DNA from: Squalus acanthias
Lineage: Eukaryota
NCBI GenBank assembly: GCA_030390025.1
Contig: CM059431.1
Coordinates: forward strand, 125,304,001-125,368,000
DNA length: 64,000 bases
Direction of reading: 5' to 3'
Below, piece by piece: positions 25,133-37,902 of this stretch. The notes beneath the pieces are model-generated. The model was not told where the DNA came from. It saw nothing but the letters and a program-made list of their open reading frames with translations, and did no database searches. A program made the position numbers and the translations under genes. Numbering within the stretch: the first letter of the stretch is position 1; the number at the start of each line of letters is the position of its first letter.

Positions 25133-26737
25133 TGTAAAGTTTCGCAATTGTCGCGATTCGAAATAACGAGATAGAAGCAGATTCGTTTGATCAGTTTATT
25201 TAAACGAAATGCTGTCATGATTAAACAGGACACAGAAGCCTGTAAAATGGCCGCCGCGCATCGTGGCAGAAGTTTCCAGAAGTACAGTGGGCAGACAAGA
25301 TGGCGTCGAATAAACATTTCAGTATAAGATTGGATCATACTCGGTAAACATTGATAAAGACAGGATGCAACCTGTTTGCATTTGAAACAATAGCAAAGAT
25401 ATAAGTGCTGGAATCGTTTTCCATGCACAAGTAAGGACCATTGTACTGGGCAATCGAAGGCCCATCCAGACACAGCAACACACATATACCCCCACGGCTC
25501 TACAATGAGAGAGCCATTCACGGGTGATTAAGTCAGTATTCGAGGAGGCCCCAAAACCAGTCAGTGAGACTCCTAGCCGGTTCGACAATGGGGAAAACAT
25601 TAACGGATAGTTGGCCAGTCTCAGGTGCTACCGAAACCCGTTAAAGGAAAGAATCGCCCCATGCTGGGAGTTTTGTGCACCAGTATTACACAAAGGACAA
25701 ACATTAAGATTTGAGCGGGAGATAAGGGGACACAGCACTATAACTATAGTGAACAAATGTCCATCGGTCTCTTATCTCGCTGCTGACTGCTGAACTCTTT
25801 ATTCTCTTATCCTGATCCTCGGGTGTCGCTCTGCTGGATGAGCAGCCTTTGTGTCTTCTCTGGACTTTGTTGACTTTTAGCCGTACTGGTCGGTTATTCG
25901 AATGTTGGGTGGAGCTCCAACGGAACGAGCCGCCTCGACAAGGGCAAGTGACCGGGTGCACCATCCTGAGGGTCGGTAAACAGTGTCTGGACCTGAAGGC
26001 CCGAAGAGACAAGACGAAACGAGACGAGAAGAAGAAGAATCCACGTGCCGCCACGGTCAGTAAACCCCGACCGCGCCCGAAAATACGATAGAAGACTCTT
26101 CTTTGAATTCTACAAACGTGTCCGAGTTCTGTCGAGTTCTTCATGACAAAAGACGGTCTGGCCTGCTTGTCGCAGCAGTGAAGATAAACAAGTGGGGTAC
26201 AGAGACCCCTCCAAACACGTGACCGTCAGGCGCTGCAGCGAACGAGCCGAGTGCCTCACTTTAAAATTCTCCGAAGTATCACGAGTGGTGAGCATGTTTC
26301 CCGATCCTACAAATCTAGATGTAGTGTAGGTATTGATAGGGGAGGGTGGTTTTATTAAGGATAAAGTATAATGTGTTCCCCTTTTTACGATGTGCCGTGC
26401 GTTCTTCATTACCATAGGCCAAGCTTTATGAATGTATGTATAGTTGTACTATCGTTAATTTGTGCCTATGACATGTACTTCATGATCTTGGACGCTATGC
26501 AATAAAGATTTCCATTTCGTACTATTCAACCGGGTCTATTTGAGTTTTTCTCTGCATTACTGCTCTCGCACCTAAGTCCAGTGTTAGAACCGTAAGGGCG
26601 AGTGGGTCGAACCACTCACAGGTGCTTATTGCAACAAGGCTGGCCGGAGACCAGAGCAAGCAATAGTATTAGGCAACGAAGGCCTAACCCCGCACCAGCA
26701 CCGTCTGCGATACAAGCACGACACAAAACCCCTTACA
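25133..26737 (+). mobile_element. Solo LTR, 1605 bp
   Basis: TGTAA...TTACA termini; TSD ATAC at 25129-25132 and 26738-26741; AATAAA at 26501; CpG-rich against CpG-poor flanks. Confidence 0.88.
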
Positions 26738-27169
26738 ATACGAAGATATTATAATACTTACTGTTAAGTTGGCTGACCTGCTTATGATGATTTAAATGCT
26801 GTGGACTGCAATTAAGTATCAGTTTATTTTAAATTAAAATTGCCAATATTAAACCTAGCAATGGTACTAATTGTAATATTGTAGATGTTGTTTAATAAAA
26901 TAGGATTGCATCCCTGTATCTGCTTTAGTCTTTGTTGCTCTGGATAGTAACGATTGCGATGCACTTCACTCAGCATCGTACTGTGGTCCTGCTGTTAATG
27001 CATCTGGCTTGGTTGATGATCAGTCTTTCAGGCTGGGCTATGTGGGGCAGATTAAAGCAAGCTAATTTGAACACTAGATATGACACCGTAAAAATATATG
27101 GCAAATGCCAAACTAATTTTTCAATATGTAATGATGAGAGGGGCTAAGATTGGTGTGGAAAACCCATTA

Positions 27170-28075
27170 TTCTCCTCAAATATAGGCATCATGAGTATTC
27201 CCTAGAAATCATGCTTTGAGATGATGAATTCTTTGCCATTGGGTGCACACCATTTAGATGTTCATAGAGTGATATCTTTTTTCTGTTGGTGAATCCCATG
27301 AGATGCTATGCAGATGCTTGAATGGCCAGATGATGCATTTGAGAGTCCCTTATAATCTGTGAAGGCCATAATTTCAAGCAGCCTGCTTGCCCTTCCTGCT
27401 ATCCCAGTGCTGAATTTAATGTTGTCATCAGCATGTTGAAACTAGATATTTGCTGCAGTGAACCACATACTGACAGATTCTTGTCATGTCCCAAGCTATT
27501 ACGTAGAAGGATCATGTAACAAAAAAGAGCCCTATTGCCACTTTTGTTCATACTGGCAGCACAGCGCTGAAATTGCTCCTTGGCTGCAACTCTTGTGCCA
27601 GCAGATGCTAAAACTGGTTTGGGGCTTCCTTGGTACCGTATCCTGCTCACAGTACAGCTTCATGAGATGGAGGAAGTGTCTATGAGCTACCTGGGGTGTA
27701 AGCAGACCCTAATCACCATCTGTGTATGGCCTTCCCTGTATGACCTTATGACTCCTTGGCCCTCCTTTGCTGCAGTTTTTCCTCCTCCTCTTCCAAAACA
27801 TCCTGCAAAATGCAACCTGCTCATACTCCTGGGGTGGATTGAAAGAGTGGAGCCACTCCTTACAATTTCTTCTGCTTAGCTTTGTGCTAGACCAGTGCCA
27901 AATTGCTTTGCTACTCAATGCCACATTTATGGCAGGCATCGTAATCATGATGTAAGCTGGAAGGAAAATATCAGTCAATTTTGCATACTTGCCTTTAATT
28001 GCTGCTTAACAAGCCATTAACCAGCCAAGAAATATTAACAATGGATCGGTCCACTAGCTTGTGAAATTTGAGGAC
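27170..28075 (-). pseudogene. Old Harbinger transposase relic
   Basis: Minus-strand remnants FTNRKRYHSMNI and GNTHDAYILR at about 27170-27300; arginine-rich N-terminal remnant near 27780. Confidence 0.7.
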
Positions 28076-28144
28076 AATAGACAAAAATTAATAAAACACA
28101 AACACGTTTAAGGGCCAATTCAGTGATCTCAACTACAGCAAAAT

Positions 28145-30955
28145 AACAACAACATCCATTGAATATAGCACCTTTAATGTAAAAAATGTTCCCAAGGAAC
28201 TTCACAGTGGTGTAAATAAAAATAGATGCCGAGCCAAAGAAGGAGAGATTAGGAGGGGTGACTGAAAGCCTGTTGAAAGAAATGGGTGTCCAGGACGGTC
28301 TTAAAGGAGGAGAGGGAGCAGAAGGATTTTAGGGAGGGAATTCCAGAGTGTGTGGCCTAGGTTCAGCCACTAATGGTGGGATGGAAGGAGGAGGGAAAAG
28401 GAAAAGATGCCAGAGTTCAAAGAACAGAAAGTACAGAAGGAGTAGTACAACAGGAGGAGGTTATGGTGATAGGGATGGGCAAGGTCGTGGAGGGATTTAA
28501 ACACAAGGATGAGAATTTAAAAGTTGTGGAATTTGGGAACCGGAACCAATATAGGTAATTGAGGACAGGGGTGATGAGTGAGTGGGACTTGATGTGGGAT
28601 AGAATACAGATAGCAGAGTTTTGGAGGAGCTGATATTTACAGAGGGTGGGGGATAGGAGGGTGGAGGATGCAAGGCTGGCCAGAAGAACTTTGGAGACAT
28701 TTATCAAGTGTTTACCAAAGAAGAGGACTTTGCCAAAGCTATGGTAAATGAGGAGGTTGGAGGGATACTGGATGAGATAAAAATAAAGAGGAGCTACTAG
28801 TAAAGCTGGCCGTACTTAAAGTAAATAAATCACATTGCTGAGGGAAGTAAGGGTAGAAATTGCGGAGGTGCTGGCCACAATCTACCAATCCTCCTTAGAT
28901 ACAGGGGTGATGCCAGAGGACTGGAGGATTGCAAATGTTGCACCCTTGTTCAAAAAAGGGGAGAAGGATAAACCTGACAATTACAGGCCAGTCAGTTTAA
29001 TGATGCTGGTGGGGAAGCTTTTAGAAACAATCTGGAGAAAATTAAAAGCCACTTGGACAAGTATGGACTAATAAAGGAGATCTAGCACGGATTTGCTGAG
29101 GGCAAATTGTGTTTGACTAACTTGATTGAGTTTTTTGATGGGGTAACGGAGAGGGTGGATGAGGGCAGTGCAGTTGATGTTGTGTATATAATCTTTCAAA
29201 AGGCGTTTGATAAAGTACCACATAATAGGCTTGTTAGCAAAATTGAAGCCCATGGGAAAAAAGGGGCAGTAGCAACATGGATACAAAATTGGTTAAGGGA
29301 TAGAAAACAGAGAGGGGTGGTGAATGGCTGTTTTTCAGACTGGAGGGAGGTATGTTTAGGTGTTCCCCAGGGATCAGTACTAGAACCACTGCAGGTTTTG
29401 ATATGCATTAATGACTTGGACTTGGGGGTACAAGGCACAAAATTTGCAGATGGCACGAAACATGAAAGTGTAATAAACAGTGATGAAGATAGTAATAGAC
29501 TTCAAGAGGACATAGACAGGCTGGTGGAATGGGTGGACACATGGCAGATGAAATTCAATGCAGAAAAGTGTGAGGAGCTATATATTTGGTAGGAAGAATG
29601 ATGAGAGACAATACCATCTAAATGACACAATTTTAAAGTGGGTGCAAGAACAGAGAGGCCTGGGGGTGTTTGTGCACAAATCTTTGAAGGTGGCAGGACA
29701 GGTTAACAGAGCAGTTAATAAAGCATATGGGATCATGGGCTTTATAAATAGAGGCATAAAGTACAAAAGCCAGGAAGTTATGCTAAACCTTATAAAACAC
29801 TGGATTGGCCCCAGCTGGAGTATTGTGTCCAGTTCTGGGCACCACACTTTAGGAAGGACGTGAAGGCTTTGGAGAGGGTACAGAAGAGATTTACTAGAAT
29901 GGTTCCAGGCATGAGGGATAACAGTTACGTGGATAGACTGGAAAAGTTGGTGTTGTTCTCCTTAGAGCAGAGAAGGCTAAGAGGAGACTTGATAGAGGTG
30001 TTTAAAATCATGAAGGGTTTAGATAGAGTAAATAAAGAGAAACTGTTCCCAATGGCTGAAGGGTCAATAACCACAGCGACGACATGAGGAAAAACTTTTA
30101 CATGCAAGGAGTGGTTAGGATTTGGAATGCACTGCCTGATAGGGTGGTGGAAACAGATTCAATAGTAGCCTTCAAAAGGGAATTGGATAAATACTTGAAG
30201 GGGAAAAACTTGCAGGGATATGGGGAAAGAGAGCCGGGAAGTAGGACTAACTGGATTTCTCTTCGCAAGAGCCGGCGTAGACTCAATGGGCCAAATGGCC
30301 TCCTTCTGTGCTGTACTATTCTATGATTCTATGAATCAAACCTAGAGATGATAACGGCATAAAGTGGCTGTAGTTAGGGATGGAGGTGAACAAAGTTATG
30401 GAGGTGGAGGTAGATGGCCTTTTTGATGGAAATGTTACGGGGTCTGAAACGTAGCAAAGGGTTAAACATAATAGTAAGGTTACAAACAGTCTTGTTTAGT
30501 TTGAGGCAGTGTCCAGGAGGAGGACATTTTGCCAGTGACAAAGGTACGGAATTTGTGTTGTGGGTCAATGGCTTCAGTCTTCCCAAAGTTTACCTGGAGG
30601 AAATTATGTCTTATTCAAGACTGGATGTTGGACAAGCAATCTGAAAGCACAGAGGAAGCGGAGGGGCAAAGAGAGGTGGTGGAGAGCTAAAGTTGCATGT
30701 CATCAATGCACATATGGATGCCAAAGAGGAGGGGTCAAGATAGATCTTTGACAAACTACAGACTTAATGGTGAGAGGGCAGGAAAAGAAGCTATTGCTCG
30801 AGATGCTCTGGCTACAATTGGATAGGTAAGAGTGGATCCAATAGAGGGCAGTCCCACTGAGCTGAACAACAGAGGAGGAGTGATGAAGGAGCATGACGTG
30901 ATCAACTGTCGACAACTGCAGAGAGGTTAAGGAGGGATAATGCACCACTGTAACA
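28145..30955 (-). mobile_element. L2-type LINE 3' region (28145-28696 and 30335-30955) split by a CR1
   Basis: YQLLQNSAICIL..HSLITPVLNYLYW (ORF 28417-28707); VDH..LL..L, WIHSYLSN (ORF 30703-30990). Confidence 0.8.
28697..30333 (+). mobile_element. CR1 LINE, degraded RT region
   Basis: ORFs 28835-30326 with PEDWRIANV, NYRPVSL, FQKAFD, GVPQGSVL; tail ctatgattctatga. Confidence 0.95.
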
Positions 30956-31494
30956 TTCACAGAGGCTAGAATCAAAGAATGATACTGCACAGATGGAGGT
31001 CATTCGGACCACCGTGCCTGTGCCGGCTCTTTGAAAGAACTATCCCATTAGTCCCATTCCCCTGCCCTTTCCCCATAGCCCTGCAAACATTCCCCTGTAA
31101 GTATTTATCCAATTTCCTTTTGAAAGTTATTATTGAATCTGCTTCCACCGCCCTTTCAGGCAATGCATTTCAGATCATAACAACTCGCCACGTAAAAAAA
31201 ATCTCTTCATCTCGCCTCTGGTTCTTTTGCCAATGACCTTAAATCTGTCTCCTCTGAATACTGACCCTTCTGCCACTGGAAACAGCTTCTCCTTAATTAC
31301 TCTATAAAACCCTTCCTGATTTTGAACACATCTATTCAATCTCAACTTAACCATCTCTGCTCTAAGGAGAAAAACCCCAGCTTCTCTAGGGTCTCCGCAT
31401 AAGTGATGTCCCACATTCCTGGTACTATTCTAGTAAATCTCCTCAGCACTCTTGACATCCTTCCTAAAGTGTGCAGCCCAGAATTGGACACAAT

Positions 31495-32172
31495 GGGGGG
31501 AATTTTAACCCCAAATAATGGATGGGTTCGGTCAGGTGGGAGGTTACAATATGAAAAATGTGAATCCCGACCTCAACCCACCTCCAACCTGCCCACTTCC
31601 GGGTTTAACAGATGCAGAACGGTGGGCGGGCATATTATAATGAGACTGGAAGCCTCTGATTTAAGCTGCTGTGCAGGTTTAACTGTGGCCAGTCGGGGAT
31701 CCCAGGGTCTCGGGATTCCTGGCAGCTGCAGCGAGGCGAGGACAGCCTTGGGGAGCAATCCTTGTGGGCTGGGAGGAGCAGGAGTGCTTCCTCCCAGCCC
31801 CCCAAGCTCCTCCACTATCAGCCCCGCCCTCCCGGTGTCAGGGACAACTCTGCCCCCAGGTTGGACCCCCGCCCAACCTGGGCTCGGGGATTGAACCTCC
31901 CCCCGGAACTGTTCGACCACCCCTACCACCCCCCCGGGTTGAAGTTTGGACACCCCCCCCCTCCACGGGTCAGGGGTCGTATCCCCTTGGGAATTGAGCC
32001 CATCCCCCAGGGGGGCAGCTTCCTGTCCAGCGTTCCCCGCCCTATCGATCAGGCTGACTTCTGGGCGGGGGACCTGCTGGTGACGTGTGGGGAAGGGTTT
32101 CCTGCGCTCTACCAGCTCCACCCCCTCCCACACCCCCCACTCCCGGTGAGTCAAAACTTCAAAATTCAGGGC
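31495..32172. mobile_element. GC-rich MITE with AAT TSD
   Basis: Ends GGGGGGAATTTT / AAAATTCAGGGC; AAT at 31492-31494 and 32173-32175; CR1 rejoins across it. Confidence 0.88.
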
Positions 32173-32235
32173 AATATTCCAGCTGACCAGTGAGTTATGT
32201 AGGTTTAGCCTAACCTCCTTGCTTTTGTACTCTAT

Positions 32236-33113
32236 AGCCACGATTTTTCCTATCGATGCGGCTTGAGGGTGGGACAGCTGCCTTCCGGGTTCCAGTCCCG
32301 CCCCCAACAACAGCAGATGCACAGACGCGATTTTGCGTCAATTGGCTTTGTTGAGCCCACCCTGCAGGCTTGCCGGCCAATTAAGAGGAAGCCGGTGTGA
32401 GATGACGTCAGTTGATGACGCGTCATCTGCCGGTTTTCTTAAAGGGGCCATGCACAATTTTTTTTGACAGCTGATTTTTCAGTGTTTGACAGCATTGAGG
32501 TGCTGCAAACACTGACAATCACTGTACAAAGGTGAGCCCTTGCACCCAGGCTGTCAAGTGACTCCCTCCTTAAGCTAGAACAGATGGCAGCTGCAGGTGA
32601 GGTTACAGAAGCGATCTGTCACTGGTGAGAGAGGTTCTCCCAATGAGCTGGGACTACACACACAATCCAAAACTTGTCACCTACAGAAAAGTGTAAATGC
32701 ATTAAAAATGATTTTCCCAACATTTTCTTACCTCTGAAACTCACCAGTGTACCATTGGATCCTTCACACCACTTCTGCAGCTGCCATCAATGCAGAAACA
32801 TTACAGTAGACCCACAGCATGCCACACTTACCTGGCATGGTGTCCGGATGTCAGGAAGCCCACAATAGACCTGTGAAAATTGCAAAAAGCCTCTTAACTG
32901 CCTGTTAACAACCTGTTAACAAGCAGTTAAGTGGCTATAATCCTCTTCCCGCTGCTAGGTGTCGGGTCCCTGCGCAAATCGAGGACCCGGCACCTAGGAA
33001 AGATTGTCTGGAGGCGGGTTGACAGCGGGTTTCTGACCCACTGTCAATCTTTGCGATTTTGCCGGATGTCCTGCCTTCTAACCCACCCCCTGAGCGCCGG
33101 CAAAATTCCAGCC
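32236..33113. mobile_element. Shorter, inverted member of the 10734/52033 non-autonomous Harbinger family, TAT TSD
   Basis: TAT at 32233-32235 and 33114-33116; shares tgatgacgcgtca, cagcattgaggtgctgcaaacactgac and gccggcaaaat blocks. Confidence 0.88.
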
Positions 33114-34745
33114 TATGCCTTTGATTATAAAGCCAAGAATTCTGGCCATTTAACAGCCTTCTCAACTTATCCTGCGACCTTCAAAGATTTATGTACATAT
33201 ACCCCCAGGTCTCTCTGTTCCTGCACCCGCTTTAAAATTGTACCATTTAGTTTATATTGCCTCTCCTTCTTCTTCCTATTAAAATGCATTACATCAAACT
33301 TGTATCACTTCAAAATTCTCTGTGTTAATTTGCATCTGCCATGTGTTTGCCCATTTCACCAGTCTGTAGTCTGTCTATGTCCTCCTGAAGTCTATTACTA
33401 TCCTCCTCACTGTTTACTACATTTCCGAGGTTTGTGTCATCAGCAAACTTTGATATTGTGCCCTGTGTACCCAAGTCCTGGTCATTAATATATATCAAGA
33501 AAAAGCAGTGGTCCTAATACTGACCCGTGGGGGACACCACTTCTTTCGAGTCTGAAAAATAACCATTCACCACTACTCTCTGCTTTCTGTCTCTGAGCCA
33601 AATTTGTATCCATGTTGCCACTGCCCCTTTAATCACGTAAGCTTTAATTTTGCCAACAGGTCTATTATGTGGTACTTTATAAAATGCTTTTTGACAGTCC
33701 ATGTACACAACATCAACCGCATTACCTTCATCAACCCTCTCTGTTATTTCATCAAAGAACTCAATCAAGTTAATCAAACAAGATTTGCCTTTAATTAACC
33801 CATATTTTTCCAAGTGAAAATTAATTTTGTCTCAGATTATTGTCTCTAAAATTTTCCCCACCACAGACTTTAGGCTGACCGGCCTGTCGTTGCTCCGTAT
33901 TATCCCTCTCCCCTATTTTGAACAGGCGTAACATTTACAATCCTCGACTGCTCTCGCACCACTTCCATAAGGAGAATTGGTAGATGGTGGCCAGAGCATC
34001 TGCTATCTCCACCCTTACTTCCCTTAGCAAACTAGGATGTATCCCATCTGGACCGGGTGACTTTTCTACTTTGAGCACTGCCAACCTTTTAAGTACCTCC
34101 TCTTTATCTATTTTTATCCTATCCAATTTCTCTACTCATGGAAATGTTTTCTATCTCCTCCTTTATTATGACACTGGCAGCATCCTGAGCCGTGCCCTAT
34201 GCCTCCACAAGAAGATCACCTTTTTAGTCCCTATTCGGCCCATCCTTCCATTTACTACCCATATGATTATCAAAGACTCTGAGTTCCCTTTTATTTTACC
34301 TGCTAATCTATTCTCACACACATCCTTTTTGCCCCTTATTTCCTTTTTTGGTTCTCTTCTGTACTTTTTGTATTCAGCTTGTTTCTCTACTGTATTATGA
34401 GCCTGACATTTATCTAAGCATACTTTTTCATTTTAATATCTATGGCCGCAAAATTCGGTTCTGTAGCTTTGGCTGGTTTGAAGAAAAAATGCCGTCTGCC
34501 TCATTTCTGCCCAGTTCCGGCATGGCCCACGCTGAACACCATCTTGGTGAGGGCGATAGCGTGGGTAGTACGTGTGTGCGCCGGCAGCATGCAGAGTAGG
34601 AAGATCGTGACATTAATCAGCGTGCAACGCTGATTTGACTCATGGCTTGCCATTTTCAACCTCGCCGCTCCATTCAACACACTCTCTTAAATAAAAGTGA
34701 GAAGTCGCACAACACCAGGTTATAGTCCAACAGTTTTATTTGAAA

Positions 34746-34783
34746 TCACAAGCTTTCGGAGCGACCGCTCCTTCGTCAGGTGA
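34746..34783 (-). ncRNA. Mirror copy of the hammerhead ribozyme motif in the inverted arm
   Basis: Exact reverse complement of 35915-35952. Confidence 0.8.
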
Positions 34784-35243
34784 AGTAAAGGAATACAAAA
34801 TCGACAAAGCATATATAGATAGAGAACAATGCATGTGTAACTTACAATGGCAGACGACTACATTTAATCCTCCTGACTGTTTATCTGCCGAGGTGTGACA
34901 AAAGGCAATCAGGTCAGCCAGGAAGGAACCACATCAAAGACATAGCAAGATACAACTGAGACAATGAGGTGGGGTTACAGGGGGTCCAATGTGTCAAAAG
35001 CTGCAGTCGGTATGTAAAACGATAAACTTTAAAATTTTTACTTTTTTACTGGGAATCACATCTGTGAACAAGCCAACGACGACTCGAGTCTGGATGACTC
35101 TACGTCATGTATCGTGACATAAACCCAAGATCCCGGTTGAGGCCGTCCTCATGAGTGCGGAACTTGGCTATCAGTTTCTGCTCGATGATTTTGCGTTGTC
35201 GTGTGTCTCTAAGGCCGCCTTGGAGAACGCTTACCCGCAGATC

Positions 35244-35598
35244 TACCCACCAGGTACATGGTACATACTCATGTGACTCGGCCAACGTTGTCTTCCTCAT
35301 ACGTTGCAGGAAAGAATGCACCGCGGCATGGTACATCGGCGAGACCATGCAGACACTGAGACAACGTATGAACGGACACCGCGCAACAATCGCCAGGCAG
35401 GATTGTTACCTCCCAGTCGGGGAACACTTCAGCAGTCAAGGACATTCAGCCTCGGATCTGCGGGTAAGCGTTCTCCAAGGCGGCCTTAGAGACACACGAC
35501 AACGCAAAATCATCGAGCAGGAACTGATAGCCAAGTTCCGCACTCATGAGGACGGCCTCAACCGGGATCTTGGGTTTATGTCACGATACATGACGTAG
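35244..35598 (+). CDS. GIY-YIG endonuclease domain of a Penelope-like element (C-terminal fragment)
   Basis: SCDSANVVFLIRC...YIGET...LRQRMNGH...VGEHF...RKIIEQELI...GLN. Confidence 0.92.
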
Positions 35599-35914
35599 AG
35601 TCATCCAGACTCGAGTCGTCGTTGGCTTGTTCACAGATGTGATTCCCAGTAAAAAAGTAAAAATTTTAAAGTTTATCGTTTTACATACCGACTGCAGCTT
35701 TTGACACATTGGACCCCCTGTAACCCCACCTCATTCTCTCAGTTGTATCTTGCTATGTCTTTGATGTGGTTCCTTCCTGGCTGACCTGATTGCCTTTTGT
35801 CACACCTCGGCAGATAAACAGTCAGGAGGATTAAATGTAGTCGTCTGCCATTGTAAGTTACACATGCATTGTTCTCTATCTATATATGCTTTGTCAATTT
35901 TGTATTCCTTTACT

Positions 35915-35952
35915 TCACCTGACGAAGGAGCGGTCGCTCCGAAAGCTTGTGA
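35915..35952 (+). ncRNA. Minimal type I hammerhead ribozyme motif
   Basis: TCAC-CTGACGA-A-GGAGC(GGTC)GCTCC-GAAA-GCTT-GTGA: core boxes, helix I TCAC/GTGA, helix II GGAGC/GCTCC, palindromic helix III. Confidence 0.85.
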
Positions 35953-37304
35953 TTTCAAATAAAACTGTTGGACTATAACCTGGTGTTGTGCGACTTCTCA
36001 CTTTTGTCCACCCCAGTCCAACACCGGCATCTCCGCATCATGACCACTCTCTTAAATAGGCACAGCTAATCATGTGTTCAACTGCACAAGGGACCCGCCA
36101 CCAGCGCTACTTAAAGAGATACATCCAGCTTGCAGGTTACTTGCTTATTGCTATGTATTGGCTCTTGCAGAGTTTGTAGGAATATTGGGTTGCTGAAAGA
36201 GATTTGAAAAGTTGTTAAAGTGAGCAGGGAGTGCTGCTGGACATTAGGAAGGTGTTGGCTGCTACTGGAAGGCCTCTGAGTACATCACTTGCTCCCAGTC
36301 ATGGGGGCTCTAGTTGCAGTCACCCTTGTGCTGCAGCATGATGGAGATGGAGCAGAGGCAGCAAAGAAGACAAGCTGCTTGCAGAGGGAGGAGAAGGAGG
36401 AGGGTTCTCAGCAGGAGGCCTTACCCAACTAGGGTCTTTAAGGAACACTTCTCCTACCTGCATCTAAGCCAGGAGCAGTGTGTTCGGCAGCTCCGCTTCA
36501 TGAAGGAGGAGGTCACAGAACTCTGCCACATCTTGGAACCAGACCTGCAGCCTCAGAGCATGGTGACGATGGCACTGCCAGTGGCCCTCAAATGACCGTG
36601 GCCCTGAATTTTTTCACCAGCGGATCCTTCCAGGCTGGAACAGGCTACATAGCAAACATCTCGAAGTTCGCCATCCATCGCTGCATCCGGGTGGTCACAG
36701 ATGCTCTGTACGCTAGAAGAGGGGAATTCATTGTCTCCTTTCTAAACAGAGAGAAGCAGGAGGAGCGCCCATGTGGCTTTGCCAAGATAGCAGGCTTCCC
36801 CATGATGCAGGATGCCATCGACTGCACACTGTGGCTTTGCAGATGCTGCATCTCAATGGTGAGATGTACTGTAAACGCAAAGGGCACCACTCACTTCATG
36901 TGCAGTTAGTGTGCAACCACGCCCAGCACATCATGCTGGTGAATACCCGCTATCCTGGCAGCAGTCATGATCTCTTCATCCTGCGCCAGTCCGCTGTGCC
37001 AGCAATCTTCCAGCCACCTGTGGGTGGCTGCTCGGCGACAAGGGATATCCGCTCTACACCTGGCTGATGACTCCCCTTCGCAATCTCACCACTTGTGGCC
37101 AGGACTCATATAATGAGAGCCATGCTGCCACGAGGAACGTCACTGAGCAGACCATCGAGGTGCTGAAGCAACGGTTCCGCTGTCTTGAACACTCGGGAGG
37201 AGCCCTCCAGTACTTGCCGGAGCGGGTGTCCCAATTCGTGTTGGTCTGCTGCATCCTCCACAACTTGGCCATCATGAGGGCATAGCCCTTGCCACCACTC
37301 AGGA

Positions 37305-37408
37305 GAAAGAAAGACTTGCATTTATATAGCGCCTTTCATGACCACCGGACGTCTCAAAGTGATTTACAGCCAATGAAGTACTTTTGGAGTGTAGTCACTG
37401 TAGTAATG
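37305..37408 (-). mobile_element. 3' fragment of Deu-domain SINE inserted in the acidic tail of transposase D
   Basis: Matches 62950-63050; flanked by aggag repeats. Confidence 0.8.
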
Positions 37409-37902
37409 AGGAGGAGGAGGAAGGGAGGAGGCAGCCTGCACATCCATATTCTAGACAGGCTGTCCATCATCAGTCTCTGGTACCCCTAAATGAAACTTTG
37501 TAGGAGCACAAGGACAGGCAAAGGCACATGGAAGACAGAATGAAACTCCAGATCCCCACTGCTCAACACTTCTCCACCTTACCATACCTCTGTCACGGAA
37601 CATCACAGTGTCCTCTTGGCCACAATGCTGAAATGAAAACCACCACCAAAAAAAATTCCAAACCAAAGTCAACTAATCACCCTTGTGCATTCCCTTAGTG
37701 ACTGTCTTGTGTGTGCCTTTGCCTGTCCTTGTGCTCCTACGCAGTGCTACCCCAGTGGCTGCAGCATGGCTGGTGGAAGGCTGCTGACTTTCAGTGGGGG
37801 ATACTGCAGATGGCCTTGCAGAACGACCTCGAGGAGCTCTGCGCCTGGTAGACCCAGCTTCGGACTGCACCACCTCGGCATGGGTGGCAGTAGTCTGGGC
37901 TG

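Larger units (their letters stand above)
30966..34440 (-). mobile_element. CR1 LINE, degraded, carrying two DNA-element insertions; cut off at Harbinger copy D
   Basis: ORFs 33935-34126 (KSPGPDGIHP), 33514-33813 and 30972-31163. Confidence 0.92.
34694..36044 (+). mobile_element. Penelope-like element, 5'-inverted fold-back insertion
   Basis: 551-bp inverted arms 34693-35243 and 35455-36005; 39-nt 3' extension; TSD CACTCTCTTAAATA at 34680-34693 and 36045-36058. Confidence 0.95.

Noticed and set aside
31573..32322. 249-aa ORF and overlapping proline/glycine-rich ORFs
   Set aside because: They cross MITE and CR1 boundaries and reflect GC-rich low-complexity sequence
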